This document shows positions 63,068 through 64,000 of a stretch of 64,000 nucleotides of DNA, piece after piece. The translations under genes and the position numbers were made by a program. The DNA comes from Bacilli bacterium. GTDB lineage: Bacteria > Bacillota_I > Bacilli_A > RF39 > UBA660. Under the pieces are notes generated by a model. The model saw only the letters and a program-made list of their open reading frames with translations, was not told where the DNA came from and did not search any database. Each line of letters begins with the position of its first letter. Within the stretch, counting starts at the first letter, position 1. The DNA lies in contig JBGVNW010000056.1 in NCBI GenBank assembly GCA_045125935.1, positions 715 through 64,714 of the forward strand, in the 5' to 3' direction.

Positions 63068-64000
63068 TTTACATCACCACTTGTCCAATAATTTTGCAAT
63101 ATATAGTATGATTGCTTTAATCTTTCATGATAGGTTACTTTTGTTCCCCATCCTTCTAAATCTGCTTTAGATAAATTTATGTTTGGGGTGTCTTCTGTAC
63201 CAATTCCTAAATATATTTTATCAATTTGTTGCTCCTCTACTCCATAATGTTCATAGTAATCGTCATGGATCATCATTTTAGATGGATTAGAGAAGTTTAA
63301 TAATTGCCATGGTATGCGTATTTCAATATAATCGCCATTTATTATGTAGTCGGCTAATGAATTATAATCTGAACTTTCTGGATTAGCATTTCCATATTGA
63401 AGTTTTCCTGTTTCATATGTTTCAGCCAGATTATCGTTTTGGTCTGTTAATAATTTTTTTGCTGTTTGTAAAATCACATTTATTTTATTGAAATTACTGC
63501 TATTACTTTTGGCCTTATTTATATATATATTTTGACCTATTACTCTTTCTGAATGTATAGCTAATAAAGCATCATAATATTCATGTACATATATTCTACT
63601 GTTATCAATTCCGTCTATTTCAATTAAAAAGTCTATGTCTCTGTTGTAAGTATTATCACTTACATTTGTTATTTTACTTCCTGATTTTTGTGTTGTGTCA
63701 ATTGGAATATATACTTTTTTTGTCTTGTCAAAATTTTTTATATTTGCTAGTAAATATATGTATTTTTCATCATATTTCATTGAGAGTGTATTATTACCTT
63801 GGATGCTTATAATATCATCGGCTGTCCACTCTGATATATCACCATCAACATAAGATATACTTTTTTCTGTTTCTGGATCAAATGATAGGAGTCCAAAAAA
63901 TTGCTCATTAGTTTGTGCATCACTCCAAAGCGGTGTGTAATTTAAATTAACATTAGCCATAGTATTCCAGGTACGCTTAAACCATTCGTCTTGCCATGTA
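63064..64000 (-). CDS. Hypothetical exopolysaccharide-operon protein, 5'-truncated by the window edge
   Basis: The reading frame stays open upstream of the track Met (63960) to the window end (...TWQDEWFKRTWNTMANVNL...). It contains VDGDISEW and IEIRIPWQLL segments, which suggest a carbohydrate-binding beta-sandwich. Confidence 0.5.
   Translation of the reverse strand, partial: TWQDEWFKRTWNTMANVNLNYTPLWSDAQTNEQFFGLLSFDPETEKSISYVDGDISEWTADDIISIQGNNTLSMKYDEKYIYLLANIKNFDKTKKVYIPIDTTQKSGSKITNVSDNTYNRDIDFLIEIDGIDNSRIYVHEYYDALLAIHSERVIGQNIYINKAKSNSSNFNKINVILQTAKKLLTDQNDNLAETYETGKLQYGNANPESSDYNSLADYIINGDYIEIRIPWQLLNFSNPSKMMIHDDYYEHYGVEEQQIDKIYLGIGTEDTPNINLSKADLEGWGTKVTYHERLKQSYYILQNYWTSGDVK

Overview
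AT-rich (about 27-30% GC by eye) chromosomal segment of a low-GC Firmicute. The pcrA...ligA...gatCAB backbone, GAGGTG-type RBSs and many TGnTATAAT promoters fit this; any finer taxonomic guess would be inference. I call 46 genes (45 intact CDSs plus one IS3 transposase relic). 42 are on the minus strand, and only four (a PASTA protein, two paralogues and an LCP gene) are on the plus strand. No rRNA, tRNA or CRISPR was seen.

- **126-22700:** a 17-gene cell-envelope glycopolymer locus. It holds a PlsC-like acyltransferase, a GT2+GT4 fusion, a pyruvyl-transferase/ferredoxin/FrhB fusion and a Wzm/Wzt (TagGH)-type ABC exporter. It also holds split AT3 and SGNH O-acetylation genes, four large polytopic GT-C-like proteins, two GtrB/CsbB-type GT2s, two plain GT2s and an O-antigen-ligase-like+GT4 fusion.
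- **22.7-36.2 kb:** an orphan six-PASTA membrane protein, a PHP phosphoesterase, a fused MacB-type ABC transporter and two tandem 171-aa paralogues. Also a 1250-aa glucosaminidase autolysin and an LCP-PASTA fusion.
- **36.2 kb:** a roughly 415-bp internally deleted IS3-family element. One of its terminal hairpins recurs as a solo copy at 26.2 kb.
- **36.7-46.1 kb:** an LtaS-family synthase, a YihY/BrkB protein, a degenerate-GGDEF (DGNEF) membrane protein and gatCAB.
- **46.2-49 kb:** a 747-aa secreted repeat protein, paired 29-nt palindromic elements and an IS200/IS605 tnpA relic.
- **49-57.6 kb:** ligA and pcrA, separated by three inserted genes, plus a membrane protein with 21-22-aa tandem repeats.
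- **57.6-64 kb:** a sortase that lacks the canonical Arg, a thioester (TQxA) adhesin with a VPNTA sorting signal, a YfcE-like phosphoesterase and a synthase-type (QRRRW) exopolysaccharide operon that runs off the window.

The most unusual material is the glycopolymer locus with its domain fusions and tandem GtrB/GT-C modules, the sortase/thioester-adhesin pair, the PASTA domains on non-kinase proteins, and the two IS relics with their hairpins. All functional calls rest on motif recognition by eye; no searches were run.
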